Assembly (NCBI GenBank): GCA_946544115.1
Contig: CAMNLW010000002.1
Coordinates: forward strand, 6,729-70,728
DNA length: 64,000 nucleotides
Reading direction: 5' to 3'
Source: an uncultured Verrucomicrobiota bacterium
GTDB lineage: Bacteria > Verrucomicrobiota > Kiritimatiellia > RFP12 > UBA1067
Below, piece after piece: positions 37,316-47,485 of this stretch. Position numbers and translations under genes: made by a program. Below the pieces are notes generated by a model, which searched no databases, was not told the origin of the DNA, and was given only the letters and a program-made list of their open reading frames with translations. Position 1 is the stretch's first letter. Each line of letters begins with the position of its first letter.

Positions 37316-38440
37316 CTACAGCGGCGGTATCGCCTTTTTCACTGCGGCAAGCAGTGCTTGGGGCGAAGGTTGTGTATAGCGGGCGTGCATCCCGCCGCCC
37401 GCGTGGCCGGTGATTGCATCCGTGATATGCGGCGGAACCCCCGCCTCGTCCATCATTGAGATGAATGTGGCACGCAGCGAATGAAAGCTTGCACGTCCGT
37501 TGCCGTGTGCAAAAACGCCGCAGCTTTTGAAAGCTGCGGCGATTTTCCGCGATGGACGATGACGAGCATCTTCGGAGAAAAGATATGGATCTCCGTCAGG
37601 AGGAGAGGTTCGTCGCCGCAGTATAAGATTTCGCACCTGGTTCGTCAGCGGAATCTTGAGTGGAATAGGTTTGGTGAGATGCGTCTTGTTCGGTACAACG
37701 CGCAGGAACCTCCCATCCGCCTCAATTTCGGACCATTCCAGCCAGGCGACATCCGAAAGCCTGAGCCCGGTCGAATAGCCTATCACAACCATATCCGCCA
37801 GGTCTCGATTCCTGCTCTGCAGATAACCATGCACTTTGCGGCTCTCGTCAAGCGACAGCCGCCTGTAGTGCTCGTGTCTGCAAAGCGGTTTCACGGTGCC
37901 TGCTCCGGACGTCTCCCAAAGCCCACGGTCGAGGCCGAGCGTGCTCCAGACGCGTCGATAAAACACGAGCATCCGACGCGCTGATATATATGCCCCCATA
38001 AGTCTCGCTGTTATCTTTGCACATGCATCCTTCTTTAGTATGTCTTCTGGCAAAAGGCCAAGTTCATCAGCCGCTTCGGCAAGAATCCGCATCCAGCGTT
38101 CATAGCTCGTTTCGCTTGCTTCGGAAATCGTTCCAGCTGCGCGAGCCATGAATTCGTCCCAGAGATTTCTCCATGTGAGAGACGCCAGAGCAGAACGTCG
38201 GCGAAGCTCAAGGTCGGCCCGCGCGCCAAGCCGTGATAGATGCTCAAGCCAGGCCTGCTCGCTGTCTTCCGGCGGCAGAAGTTTTCGCGCCCGCTTCTTC
38301 GCAATGTTGAAATCGCCCGTTTTCAGCGAAATCCACTTGCTCCTCCCGCCAAGGCGCGTGACGAGATAAAGGATGTTACCGCGGAGTTGAATAGATCCAA
38401 AGTTAAGTTTCATGGAGTGAATAATAGCAAATTTGCGCAA
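37316..38440 (-). CDS. Tyrosine site-specific recombinase / phage-type integrase
   Basis: Catalytic residues recognisable: GLRLSD (Arg I), HSLRATF (HxxR) and GGMHARYTQ (Tyr). Its stop is 3 nt from the stop of giant B on the opposite strand. Confidence 0.75.
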   Translation of the reverse strand: MRKFAIIHSMKLNFGSIQLRGNILYLVTRLGGRSKWISLKTGDFNIAKKRARKLLPPEDSEQAWLEHLSRLGARADLELRRRSALASLTWRNLWDEFMARAAGTISEASETSYERWMRILAEAADELGLLPEDILKKDACAKITARLMGAYISARRMLVFYRRVWSTLGLDRGLWETSGAGTVKPLCRHEHYRRLSLDESRKVHGYLQSRNRDLADMVVIGYSTGLRLSDVAWLEWSEIEADGRFLRVVPNKTHLTKPIPLKIPLTNQVRNLILRRRTSPPDGDPYLFSEDARHRPSRKIAAAFKSCGVFAHGNGRASFHSLRATFISMMDEAGVPPHITDAITGHAGGGMHARYTQPSPQALLAAVKKAIPPL

Positions 38441-38472
38441 TAACGACTATAGAAACATATTGCGCCCGCTTA

Positions 38473-41400
38473 TTACTTGTCCAATATCAATGGAATTGAA
38501 CGCGTTCCAGCACGACCTTCTATACTGTCTGTAAAATAAACCGTTCCACATCCATATGCCTTCTCCGGAGCCACTATTCCACATTCACATGGCAAGACCC
38601 ATCCCGGAGTGACAACGCCGGCATAGGCAGCCGATATCATGCGTCCACCGTCAAACGGTATTCTATAAGCACCTCTGAAAACACCATTTCTAGTGTGGAA
38701 ATAGAACGAATTCCCTTGTGCCTTGTCAAGTGCAAGACCTTTTGGTTCCACTCGCACCAAGAGTCTGCTCGGTGGTGCAAATGCACCGTACCGTTCACTG
38801 GCCGTCGCTCCTTCTACAATTGCTGACAACGAAAATGGAGCTTCTGGAACATAGCGGTCAATATCACCGTAAAAGAGTTTATCTAAGGTTTCTTGTGAAA
38901 CTCCTTGGGGATACCACGAGCCGTAAACGGAATGAATGGCAAACCACCTAACGGTTGTCCCTTGATGAAGTGTGTATGCTATATGACTGCTGGCAGATGT
39001 TACTATCTCGCGAACAAGTCGGCTCCCATCTGAGGTTATTTCGCTAGACGCCCACTTTTCTGCACCATCTACGCCAATTGAAAAAACACCGCCGAATATA
39101 TTGTGGGCCGAGCGTGAAAAAAAAGGCACTCGCGCATTTTCACGATATCTATCGAATCCGCTTATCCTCGTCGAGCCGCTTATGGATATGCCGTCTGGAG
39201 CAATTCCTGCAAAGCGGACAACACCGTTCTTAAGGTTCGACACGCCAGCTATAGAAAGCGTCAAGAAGCCTGATCCTGTCGGCGCTTCAGCAGGACCTTC
39301 TACTTCAATCACGGGTAAAGCGACTGTGTAATATCCCTTGAGTTTATCGAAAACGCTGGTCTCCGGCCAATCGGCTTCTGCAGAAAATGTGTTTCCGTGG
39401 CAATTGTACCCGTCAGGCAGTGAAAGGACTGTAGAAAGTCGGCCAGATGTCTCCATAGATGCATAAAGCACACAATCCTTTGAAACCAGTGTCGCTGTTG
39501 CTGTGCCGTTTGTGTCCAAGGTCTGCCATTTGCCTGCGAAACTGACGGTCCTCCCCTCTGTCCCGATGTACTTTGCTGAAAGGGAACCCTGCGATGTTGA
39601 GGCGAATGAGAGTGTGCCGGCTGCTAATCTGTACCCTTCATCATCCGTTGCAAACAGTGTCATAATCTGATTAGAACGTTTCACGCCTAACATTGGATTG
39701 ATTTTGGGCGAATCTGTTATGGTAAAACGAAATGTTGTTTCAAAACCTGTGACTTTTTTACCATAGCGACGTGAAGAGACAACACAGGTAAATTCATATG
39801 TCCCAGTCTTTTTGGGGACTCCAGATAGAAGGATCGCACCACTTTTTTTATCGTATTTGAGAGTCAGTCCAGACGGAAGTGGTGCCGAGCCGGGGATGCG
39901 AGAAACAACCACCTGTGTATCGGCAGATCCAAGACCTATAAGCGCAAAAGAATTTGTTGGAGTGAACATGGTATATGCTGAGACATCGTATGTCATCTGT
40001 CCAAAACAGGGAGCGTCAGTATCAATTATGGTAACGGCGCAAGTGGCATTCTCACCAATGAACGAATTACCCTGCAATCGTTCTAGTGTAAGCGTGAATG
40101 TACCATCCCCCTCGAAAACCTCATTGGGAATAAGTGTAAAACAAACCTCTTTCTCTCCTTGTTCTCCATCGCGCCAAGAAAGTATTTGATCTTCCCATAC
40201 AAAACGTTCTTCTGATGCATTATCTGATTTGGTGCAGATTACACGAACTGAAGACGCGCCGTAGCCGCCATCTTTGCGCACTATGCTCACGGTTCCGGTT
40301 CCTGCAAACTCAATTATTCGCATATCGGATGAGGCGAAGGCTATCTCACCTGGATTTTGGTCGGGTGGCGACGCCGCAAGTGCAAGTGTATACCGTGCCT
40401 CCGTCGAACCAGAGAAATCAACCGCAAATCCATCGTCGGTGTTCTGGCATGATACGCCAGCAAACCATCGTTCTCCAGGAGGAAGGTTGGTTTTCAGCGT
40501 AAAGCCATCGCTAAGCACAACACGCTCTTTCACGACGGGCCGCAATATTCCGGCCTCCAAAACCGACAAGGCTAACGTAATTACATTTGACGCCTCGCCA
40601 GAAACATACAGCCTTAGACTGGAACCTGCTGATACATCGGAAAGTTCATACCAGTCTGCCGTGTCTGCATGGCACAGCGTGCTTGCGATTGAAAAATCAG
40701 ATGCAAGCATGCTACCGGTAGTAATCGGGTGGTTGTCGCTGATTTCGCCTGGCTCATCTGCCAACTCCAGCATCTCGTCGAACCGGGCGATATAATTGCT
40801 CCAATTGGCCAGGTCGTCCTCTCCGGGCGACTTGTTGGCGAAGCGGGTTAGACGGGCGGCAACCGTACCGTCCTTTCGCAGCAGGACGAAAATGGGCACG
40901 CCCGTGCGGTAGGCGTTCGTGTCCTCGGGACGGTGGTACCCACCCGCGTCAGTGTTGGTCTTTACAAGAAAATGGTTTCGCGCACGCATCGCCGCGGCGG
41001 CTTCGTCCGACACCATTTTCCTCGAAAGGTATGGGCGTCCGCTCCTCATTGCGCCGCGCGACAAGTAGGCCGTCTTCGAAAACATTGAAGGGGAAGCGCA
41101 GTTCTCCGGACCCGCGCCGTTTCTGGCACTGAAATTTGGAATATCCACCACGGCAAGCGCAACATGATTAGATTCTGCCCATTTTCTGAAGAGGTTGTCC
41201 CCGTTTGTGTCGGCAAGGTCTAGAAAATTGGCATCGGTATTAGCACAATCGGGGCACCAGAGCGAGCCTTGAACGCTTACAAGAGTATACGCTGCACCAT
41301 CGGTTGCTGCCACCATATTGGTTACAATGTCAAGGTCGACCGTCCATTCACCAAAAGCAAGTGTCTCTGCCGTTCGCTCGCCAAGCCATAATGGATTGTT

Positions 41401-42312
41401 GTTCGAGTTCGCCTTTTCGACAAAGTAAATCTCGTTTGTTCCACAGAAATAGCCGCCGTCACCGTAAAGTTCAAGCCCAACCTTTTCGCCATTGACGAAT
41501 GAATTCATCAGACCAATACGTACCGACTTGGTGGTTTCTTCCAACGCCCAAGGAACCTCGTTTGTTAAAACGTTGCCAGAAGGGAAAACGGCGACAAGTC
41601 TGTTTGTGCATACGGATGACAGGCTATCTGTGCCACGAACAAGCTCTATGTCTACATATTCCGTTGTCCGTTCGGCTTCATACCGGTCAAATTCTGTACC
41701 CGATGCGGTAAACGAACCGCCACGATAGTTGGGCACGATGTCATTGTCAGAGAGCCATTTCAAGTAGAGCGACTTGAACCCAGCCCAACTACGACTCCCT
41801 GTACCATATGGCGAGCCTCCAGTTACAATCGAGCCGTCCCCTTTTTCATAATAAAAGCCAAAAAGCGGAAACGCCGCCTGCCCTCCGCATACTGTGGTTA
41901 TAAAACGGTATGCGTCATAAACGACCTTTGGTTTGTAGTTTGACGCTGGTACGCTATCATCAGATGTGTCGGCCTTAAAGTAGACGAAAACAGCTCTGTT
42001 TGCCGATAGAAAAGATGCCACCTCTTCAACTTTCCCGTTTATTTCCGAGATGAGATTGTTGCAGTGTTGACAATCTTCTTCGCTCCATATCACAACCAAA
42101 GGCACATGTTCTGCTGTTGCAAGTGCCTTGGCTTTTTCTAGAGATTCGTCGCCCGGTCCATCAGACTTTGTCTGATATCCATAAAACATTCCAGCCGCAA
42201 TCGAAGGATTTCCGCTAGTCTGAATCAGCCTTGAATCCAGAGTCGCCGCCATTCCCGACCAGGCGAGAAAGGTCGCTATTGCAAAAACCATGGTTGTGAA
42301 TGTCAACTTCAT
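38473..42312 (-). CDS. Giant secreted protein A' (1279 aa), paralog of A
   Basis: Signal peptide. LVVIWSEEDCQHCNNL and SLWCPDCANTD...PIFVLLRKDGTVAARLTRF are Trx-like CxxC. PPC-like (DTADWYELSDVSAGSSLRLYVSGE). Calx-beta (VSIVRKDGGYGASSVRVI). Putative Ig-like (LPSGLTLKYDKKSGAILLSGVPKKTGTY). C-terminal domain ...LPCECG...GCGTVYFTD. Confidence 0.6.
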   Translation of the reverse strand: MKLTFTTMVFAIATFLAWSGMAATLDSRLIQTSGNPSIAAGMFYGYQTKSDGPGDESLEKAKALATAEHVPLVVIWSEEDCQHCNNLISEINGKVEEVASFLSANRAVFVYFKADTSDDSVPASNYKPKVVYDAYRFITTVCGGQAAFPLFGFYYEKGDGSIVTGGSPYGTGSRSWAGFKSLYLKWLSDNDIVPNYRGGSFTASGTEFDRYEAERTTEYVDIELVRGTDSLSSVCTNRLVAVFPSGNVLTNEVPWALEETTKSVRIGLMNSFVNGEKVGLELYGDGGYFCGTNEIYFVEKANSNNNPLWLGERTAETLAFGEWTVDLDIVTNMVAATDGAAYTLVSVQGSLWCPDCANTDANFLDLADTNGDNLFRKWAESNHVALAVVDIPNFSARNGAGPENCASPSMFSKTAYLSRGAMRSGRPYLSRKMVSDEAAAAMRARNHFLVKTNTDAGGYHRPEDTNAYRTGVPIFVLLRKDGTVAARLTRFANKSPGEDDLANWSNYIARFDEMLELADEPGEISDNHPITTGSMLASDFSIASTLCHADTADWYELSDVSAGSSLRLYVSGEASNVITLALSVLEAGILRPVVKERVVLSDGFTLKTNLPPGERWFAGVSCQNTDDGFAVDFSGSTEARYTLALAASPPDQNPGEIAFASSDMRIIEFAGTGTVSIVRKDGGYGASSVRVICTKSDNASEERFVWEDQILSWRDGEQGEKEVCFTLIPNEVFEGDGTFTLTLERLQGNSFIGENATCAVTIIDTDAPCFGQMTYDVSAYTMFTPTNSFALIGLGSADTQVVVSRIPGSAPLPSGLTLKYDKKSGAILLSGVPKKTGTYEFTCVVSSRRYGKKVTGFETTFRFTITDSPKINPMLGVKRSNQIMTLFATDDEGYRLAAGTLSFASTSQGSLSAKYIGTEGRTVSFAGKWQTLDTNGTATATLVSKDCVLYASMETSGRLSTVLSLPDGYNCHGNTFSAEADWPETSVFDKLKGYYTVALPVIEVEGPAEAPTGSGFLTLSIAGVSNLKNGVVRFAGIAPDGISISGSTRISGFDRYRENARVPFFSRSAHNIFGGVFSIGVDGAEKWASSEITSDGSRLVREIVTSASSHIAYTLHQGTTVRWFAIHSVYGSWYPQGVSQETLDKLFYGDIDRYVPEAPFSLSAIVEGATASERYGAFAPPSRLLVRVEPKGLALDKAQGNSFYFHTRNGVFRGAYRIPFDGGRMISAAYAGVVTPGWVLPCECGIVAPEKAYGCGTVYFTDSIEGRAGTRSIPLILDK

Positions 42313-42322
42313 GCATCAATTC

Positions 42323-45300
42323 CTATTCTGGCTCTGAATCGGACCACACGCGATCAGCGGCGACAGCCTTGATATCGAACCTGTAGGATCCATTCCATTT
42401 CCGGGTCACGGTCTTTGTAGTCGTTCGTGAGCCAATTGTTGTTACAACCTCCCTGGTCAGCGACTGTGGCGCAAGGAAGAAGCCGCTTGTCACAACACCA
42501 TCGTCAAGAATGCCGTCGTCCCCGCATTCCGTCAAAAGGATGCCGTTATGTTTAAGCCCTGTAATGGCTTTCTGCTCAACCGCACCCTTGACATTTGTGC
42601 CTTGATACCAAAGATCAAATGTTCCGCTTACTATTCCCGTCGCACGTTTGAAAGTAAGTTTCACATTGGATGCGTTGACGCAGCTATTCCAGTCGTTCAG
42701 TTTCTTCGATGCGTCTTTCGCAAGAATCTGCTTGGCAACAGATATAGCATCTCCGGCAACGTCAACCGACTGGCCAGAGGGCTGTGCAACAAACTGGTAA
42801 TCGCCTCCAAGTGCGAGCGCGTCCATGATATCAGCCAGTGCATCGTCTCCTGAAGGCATGTCTATGAAAAGATCGCTTTCAAGATATGTGCGTTGCAGGT
42901 TTGATATCGTGTCGTACCAGCCGCCGACCGGTCTGAGACTAAGCGCGAAGCCTTCATAGCCATCGCGGGTTGACGATGGATCGTCGTTTATCCATCTGAA
43001 GTCTGTATCTGGCGAGTCAATCTTAGCAACTGGATTTCCACCACCAGCTGGGTATGCCACTGTGAGCCACCCGCCAAACACGCTTGTCCCCTTGCACATG
43101 TAAAGAGGAACCCGGAAGATCTCGGCCTCACCGACCGTTCCCAGTATGCCAGAGAGCGATGACGCTGAATATGACGTTCCGTCTGCCAGCAGGCCCGCAA
43201 CTTTTGCCTTGCCTTTTGCGTCGATAGTCATTGTCATGTAGCCGTTGCCCTGAGGCTCACCATACGCTGCACTGTCCGGTACGAGCGATACTGTATAGTA
43301 GCCCATGAATTTTGCGGTCTTTTCAACCCAGGATGCAACTTTTGTGTTATCGCGCCCGAGGCTGCCGAGATACCAGACATCCTCCTGGAAGCCTGTTCCT
43401 TTTGCATCAGGAAGCGCCGCCATCTGGATTTCAAAATCTCCTAGTGTGGTCCATGCGGTTGTATTCGTTTCCGCGACTGCAGCAACCGTCATATAGAGCA
43501 TATTCGTCAGCGTGACAGACTTCCTTTCAACGGTCACCCTTTGGAGTTGCAAGAGTTCTGCCGTGTAGTATGTTGGCGTCACGTCATCACCCGGGATAAC
43601 ATCTGCATATCCCGAATCGGTGAATGTGTAGGTCTTGCCGCCTATTGCCGCCTTGGCGCTTAGTTTGCCGTTCGCCGCAGCGGTGAATGTCACCTGAGCA
43701 AGTGTTGGCAGTCCGTTCGTAGCATCAAAAGTTGAAGCAAGCCCGGTAAATGTCCCTATCGCAGAGCCGGCGTCGGCTACATCGTAAGCGAGTTGTATGG
43801 GGGCTTCAGCTATCGTTTTGGAGCCTTCCTTGCGGCTCGGCTGAATTATCGGCGTGTAGACGCCGGCCTTTGAAGGCACACCGGATATAAGCCATTTTTT
43901 CGTCTTTTTATCCTGTTCAAGCTTAAGCCCGTCGGGGAGTTTTCCAGTGACCTTGATTGCCGTTATTTCCTCCCCAGCCACTTCAATCTCGGTTTTTACT
44001 CCTTGATAAAGAGGTTCTTTATCAAGCGTGTCTGCATACGATGTCCAGTTCCATGAGTCAATCTTTGTCACATCTTTGATTGTAACAGATTTATTCATCA
44101 ATGTAATCTCGTACTCTTCACCGTTCACGGTGAGCGTCCCAGGCTCTGTCATCGTGAATGTGAGGGTGTTCTTGCCGTCAAGCGTGAATATGGAGCCGTC
44201 GGCATTCATGTACCATGTGCCGGTCTTTGACTCTCTGAATGAGATGCCTCTGCTCTTTAGCGCTGCCGAGTTGACCTTGGCATAATTGGCCAGCGTGTTC
44301 GCAAACTTGTCGTTTGCAATGTTTACGGTCACGGACGTTGCCGCAAAAGTCGGTCTGTCGTACTGGGTGGCGTCGTTTCTCGCGCTGGTGAGAGCCGTAA
44401 GCTTCAGTGAGAATGTCTTTGTCGCGGTGTAGTCGTCGGCGACAGCCTTCGTCTGAATAGAAACAGTTTTGACGTCCTTTTCACCATCCCCCCATATAAG
44501 CGTCTGGTTGACGGGCTCGAAATCGGTCTCCCCGGACTTGTTCGCCGTGCCCTTGACCGTCTCGACCTTGACGCCGATGATGCCGTCCGCGCCCAGGACT
44601 CGCTCAAACGGAATGTCGATGGTCTTGCCCGCCGTGACGGAGAGGACGGGCTTTTTCGGCGTGGCGCATTCCGCAACTTGTATCGTGCCCGGCGTCTTCT
44701 TTGCCGCAGGTGTAATCGTTATTGTCGCGGTGTCGAGCGGTGCGCCTGTCTTCTTGTCTGTTTCAAAGCCGGGGACATACTCGTTTGCAATGTCGAACGT
44801 CTCGTCTTCATCGCTGAAAGTTGAAAACACCACATTTACCGTCTTGTTGGTGGACCATCCGGAGTTCTGGATGATTCTAACGCGTACCGTCTTGGCCTTC
44901 ATGTCGCCCGCGGCCCATGTCAACACTCCGTTTGTCGGATAATAGTATGCGTCATAGGCAGAAGTCTGACATCCAACCGTTGCAAATTTAACACGAACGA
45001 TGCCGTCTTTGCCTGTGCGGGAGACCGAGACGTCTGCATAGCCTGCAGTGTCCTTGACGGAGATTGTTGTCTTGGCGAGTTTTATGACGCCAGGCGTGGC
45101 CATCGAAGCCGTAAGCGTATACGCACTGTCGCCAGGCCCGCTATCATCGGCATGGCCGACCTTTACATAGTACATTCCCTTTGTTGTGGTAGAAATCTGC
45201 AACATTTCCCCGGTATCTTTGAATGACACATACTCACATTCCTTGGTCCAGTCGTCTGGTCCGTACACAGCCATCTTCGGAGCGCCATCCGTGCCAGAAA

Positions 45301-47428
45301 GTCCAAACCGATATACCGAGCCCGCATTCGCTGCAAGTGTAAACCAGTCTGCAGGATCGTCATCCCACAGGGATCTGACAACCTCCACAGACCTTGTCGC
45401 CGTCGGGGCGAGTTTCGTCGGGGCGTACGCCCTGCCGAGCGACGGATGCTTCGCCTTTGCATCGGGCGAATCATCGAGAGGATCTGCCGTATCAGCATAT
45501 TTATACTCATCGGCTGCGCTAGGCGTTGTTCCTGCGTTGACATGCACGGTGGTGTATCCCCTGGTGTCTGGGACGGCGAACCCGTCAACCTTGTTGGCGA
45601 TAATGGTATAGTCGCCTTCACGAAGAATCGCGCTCGTGCCTGCGGCGTAAAACACTTCCTTTGACGATGTAATTCCTGGCCCGGACAGGATCTTCCATCC
45701 CATCAAGGACTGCGATGCCCCTTTCATTGGTACAGTCAGTATGCCAAGATCGGAACCGGCTGCAGATGCATACAGAACATACGGACCATATTCAAGTCCG
45801 ACACCAGCACCATAGTCTCCATATGCAATGCATACATCAATATATATATTGCCGTGCGATTGCGGTGTAAACTCAAGCCAGCCGCTGAAATTCGGGTCGA
45901 GCGATCCTGTGACCCCGAAGCTGGCGGGCAGCTCCTTTTTCGCAGATCCTGTCACAGTATAAAGCTTTGCCGCCAGATTCAAGCCGTGTGTCTCGGAATT
46001 TACAGCCTTGACGCGATAGGTGATTCCTGCACGAGCGGCAATTACAAACGTATCGACCCACTCTGTCGCAGAAAGTGTGCGCTCCTCGGAAGGCACGGCG
46101 CCGTCTACCTTTTCCGGAGAGAGGTTTTTCCCGTCGGGAATAACGGCAACAGGGGTGGTTTTTGTTGCAAGCGTTACAACCTGCGCTGAAATTGTTACCG
46201 TGCCCGCCGACGGCTCTTCGTCGTCTGCAAGCTGCTGGCAGACGCCGAGATACACCGCGCTCGCGGCAGAATAGGCGGCCGTCGCCGTCCAGGCGATGGA
46301 CACCTCCTGGCTGTCGTCGCTCATGCGTCTGCTTTCGGCTAGAATATTTCCTTTGGCGTCATAAAGGCGCATCAATAAATCGTCAGCAGCTCCTTCAGTG
46401 CGGAAAACGATGTTGTCGCCCCTCCTGTAGCCGGTTATGCGGAAGAGCCGCTGGTCTATGACCGCGTCAAACGCTCCGCTCTCCGGATCATTTAAATATC
46501 CGGGAGCGAACTCTTCGCTCACGGTCCCTACTGAAAGGTCGGTGAACTCGTGCTTGTCAGGTGTGAGCGCAGGGAGCGCCGCGCAGTAGAAGGTGAAATC
46601 GCCGTCCGGCTGCACTGTTATCCAGAATACACCCGAGGCAGGAGCAACAAAGGAGTATGCCTCTGTACAGCTTGTGAAGCCTTCGTAAGCTTTGGATACA
46701 GCCTCGTTTTTGAACAAGTTATCCCCGCCGACACCTGTCGAAATCGTCAATTCCGATCCGCTGTCGATACCAAAGAAATATTTGTGGCCGGCTACTAGAT
46801 TGGGTGTCTTTATGTAATACGTGCCGCCGAAGTCTTCTCCAAGCTCGCAACTGATCATAGAGGCTTCTACATCAGGTCGTGCAGTCTCTTTTACCGTGAA
46901 GGTCTGCGGGTTGTCCTGCGTACCCTTAGGCGCGACGTACACCGGTTCTTGCTCGCCTGGATAGGCGCTTTCGCCGTCGGAATGCCCGAACTTGAAACTC
47001 ATGTCGGCTGTGGTATAATCGTCATCGCCCCATCCCGAGACCGTTACCGTGAATGTGAGCGAGCTCTTGGAACTGGGAACCCATTCCCAGTCTTCCGCCG
47101 TTAGAAGAACATACCTGTCAAAACCCCCGGAAGAATTCTCGATCTCGCATGATTCGCTTGCAAATACATAGTCTTCTATAGTTTCGCCGTCTTCCGTGTA
47201 TGTGTATTCGCACGATACTTCCATATCCGTGATGGCTGTGTTCTCGGTAAGACCGGTAATCCAGAATGTGTGTGCACTGCCACGCGAGACTTTAACCGTC
47301 GTCTTCCAGTACCACTCTTCAAAACCGTCAACGGTATGCTTGGATATTTTCTCCGCATTAGCGGCGAATACGTAGCCGAACACCATGCCAACAGCCAGCA
47401 GCTTGGAAATAAAACTATAATTTTTCAT
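42323..47428 (-). CDS. Giant secreted protein B' (1701 aa from the signal-peptide start), paralog of B
   Basis: Start at MKNYSFISKLLAVGMVFGYVFAANA with GGAGG upstream. PPC-like repeats (DTFVIAARAGITYRVKA; DWFTLAANAGSVYRFGLSG; RLFRITGYRRGDNIVFRTEG...LLMRLYDAKGNILAE). Calx-beta (VSVSRTGKDGIVRVKFATVG). Putative Ig-like (LPDGLKLEQDKKTKKWLISGVPSKAGVY). C-terminal domain colinear with B (GNGYMTMTIDAKGKAKVAGLLADGT...FRVPLY...GLKHNGILL...WSDSEPE). Confidence 0.6.
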   Translation of the reverse strand: MKNYSFISKLLAVGMVFGYVFAANAEKISKHTVDGFEEWYWKTTVKVSRGSAHTFWITGLTENTAITDMEVSCEYTYTEDGETIEDYVFASESCEIENSSGGFDRYVLLTAEDWEWVPSSKSSLTFTVTVSGWGDDDYTTADMSFKFGHSDGESAYPGEQEPVYVAPKGTQDNPQTFTVKETARPDVEASMISCELGEDFGGTYYIKTPNLVAGHKYFFGIDSGSELTISTGVGGDNLFKNEAVSKAYEGFTSCTEAYSFVAPASGVFWITVQPDGDFTFYCAALPALTPDKHEFTDLSVGTVSEEFAPGYLNDPESGAFDAVIDQRLFRITGYRRGDNIVFRTEGAADDLLMRLYDAKGNILAESRRMSDDSQEVSIAWTATAAYSAASAVYLGVCQQLADDEEPSAGTVTISAQVVTLATKTTPVAVIPDGKNLSPEKVDGAVPSEERTLSATEWVDTFVIAARAGITYRVKAVNSETHGLNLAAKLYTVTGSAKKELPASFGVTGSLDPNFSGWLEFTPQSHGNIYIDVCIAYGDYGAGVGLEYGPYVLYASAAGSDLGILTVPMKGASQSLMGWKILSGPGITSSKEVFYAAGTSAILREGDYTIIANKVDGFAVPDTRGYTTVHVNAGTTPSAADEYKYADTADPLDDSPDAKAKHPSLGRAYAPTKLAPTATRSVEVVRSLWDDDPADWFTLAANAGSVYRFGLSGTDGAPKMAVYGPDDWTKECEYVSFKDTGEMLQISTTTKGMYYVKVGHADDSGPGDSAYTLTASMATPGVIKLAKTTISVKDTAGYADVSVSRTGKDGIVRVKFATVGCQTSAYDAYYYPTNGVLTWAAGDMKAKTVRVRIIQNSGWSTNKTVNVVFSTFSDEDETFDIANEYVPGFETDKKTGAPLDTATITITPAAKKTPGTIQVAECATPKKPVLSVTAGKTIDIPFERVLGADGIIGVKVETVKGTANKSGETDFEPVNQTLIWGDGEKDVKTVSIQTKAVADDYTATKTFSLKLTALTSARNDATQYDRPTFAATSVTVNIANDKFANTLANYAKVNSAALKSRGISFRESKTGTWYMNADGSIFTLDGKNTLTFTMTEPGTLTVNGEEYEITLMNKSVTIKDVTKIDSWNWTSYADTLDKEPLYQGVKTEIEVAGEEITAIKVTGKLPDGLKLEQDKKTKKWLISGVPSKAGVYTPIIQPSRKEGSKTIAEAPIQLAYDVADAGSAIGTFTGLASTFDATNGLPTLAQVTFTAAANGKLSAKAAIGGKTYTFTDSGYADVIPGDDVTPTYYTAELLQLQRVTVERKSVTLTNMLYMTVAAVAETNTTAWTTLGDFEIQMAALPDAKGTGFQEDVWYLGSLGRDNTKVASWVEKTAKFMGYYTVSLVPDSAAYGEPQGNGYMTMTIDAKGKAKVAGLLADGTSYSASSLSGILGTVGEAEIFRVPLYMCKGTSVFGGWLTVAYPAGGGNPVAKIDSPDTDFRWINDDPSSTRDGYEGFALSLRPVGGWYDTISNLQRTYLESDLFIDMPSGDDALADIMDALALGGDYQFVAQPSGQSVDVAGDAISVAKQILAKDASKKLNDWNSCVNASNVKLTFKRATGIVSGTFDLWYQGTNVKGAVEQKAITGLKHNGILLTECGDDGILDDGVVTSGFFLAPQSLTREVVTTIGSRTTTKTVTRKWNGSYRFDIKAVAADRVWSDSEPE

Positions 47429-47485
47429 TTTTGTCCTCCGTTTGATACATTCTAGTTTCTTTAAATGTTTAATATTCGTCATCCG

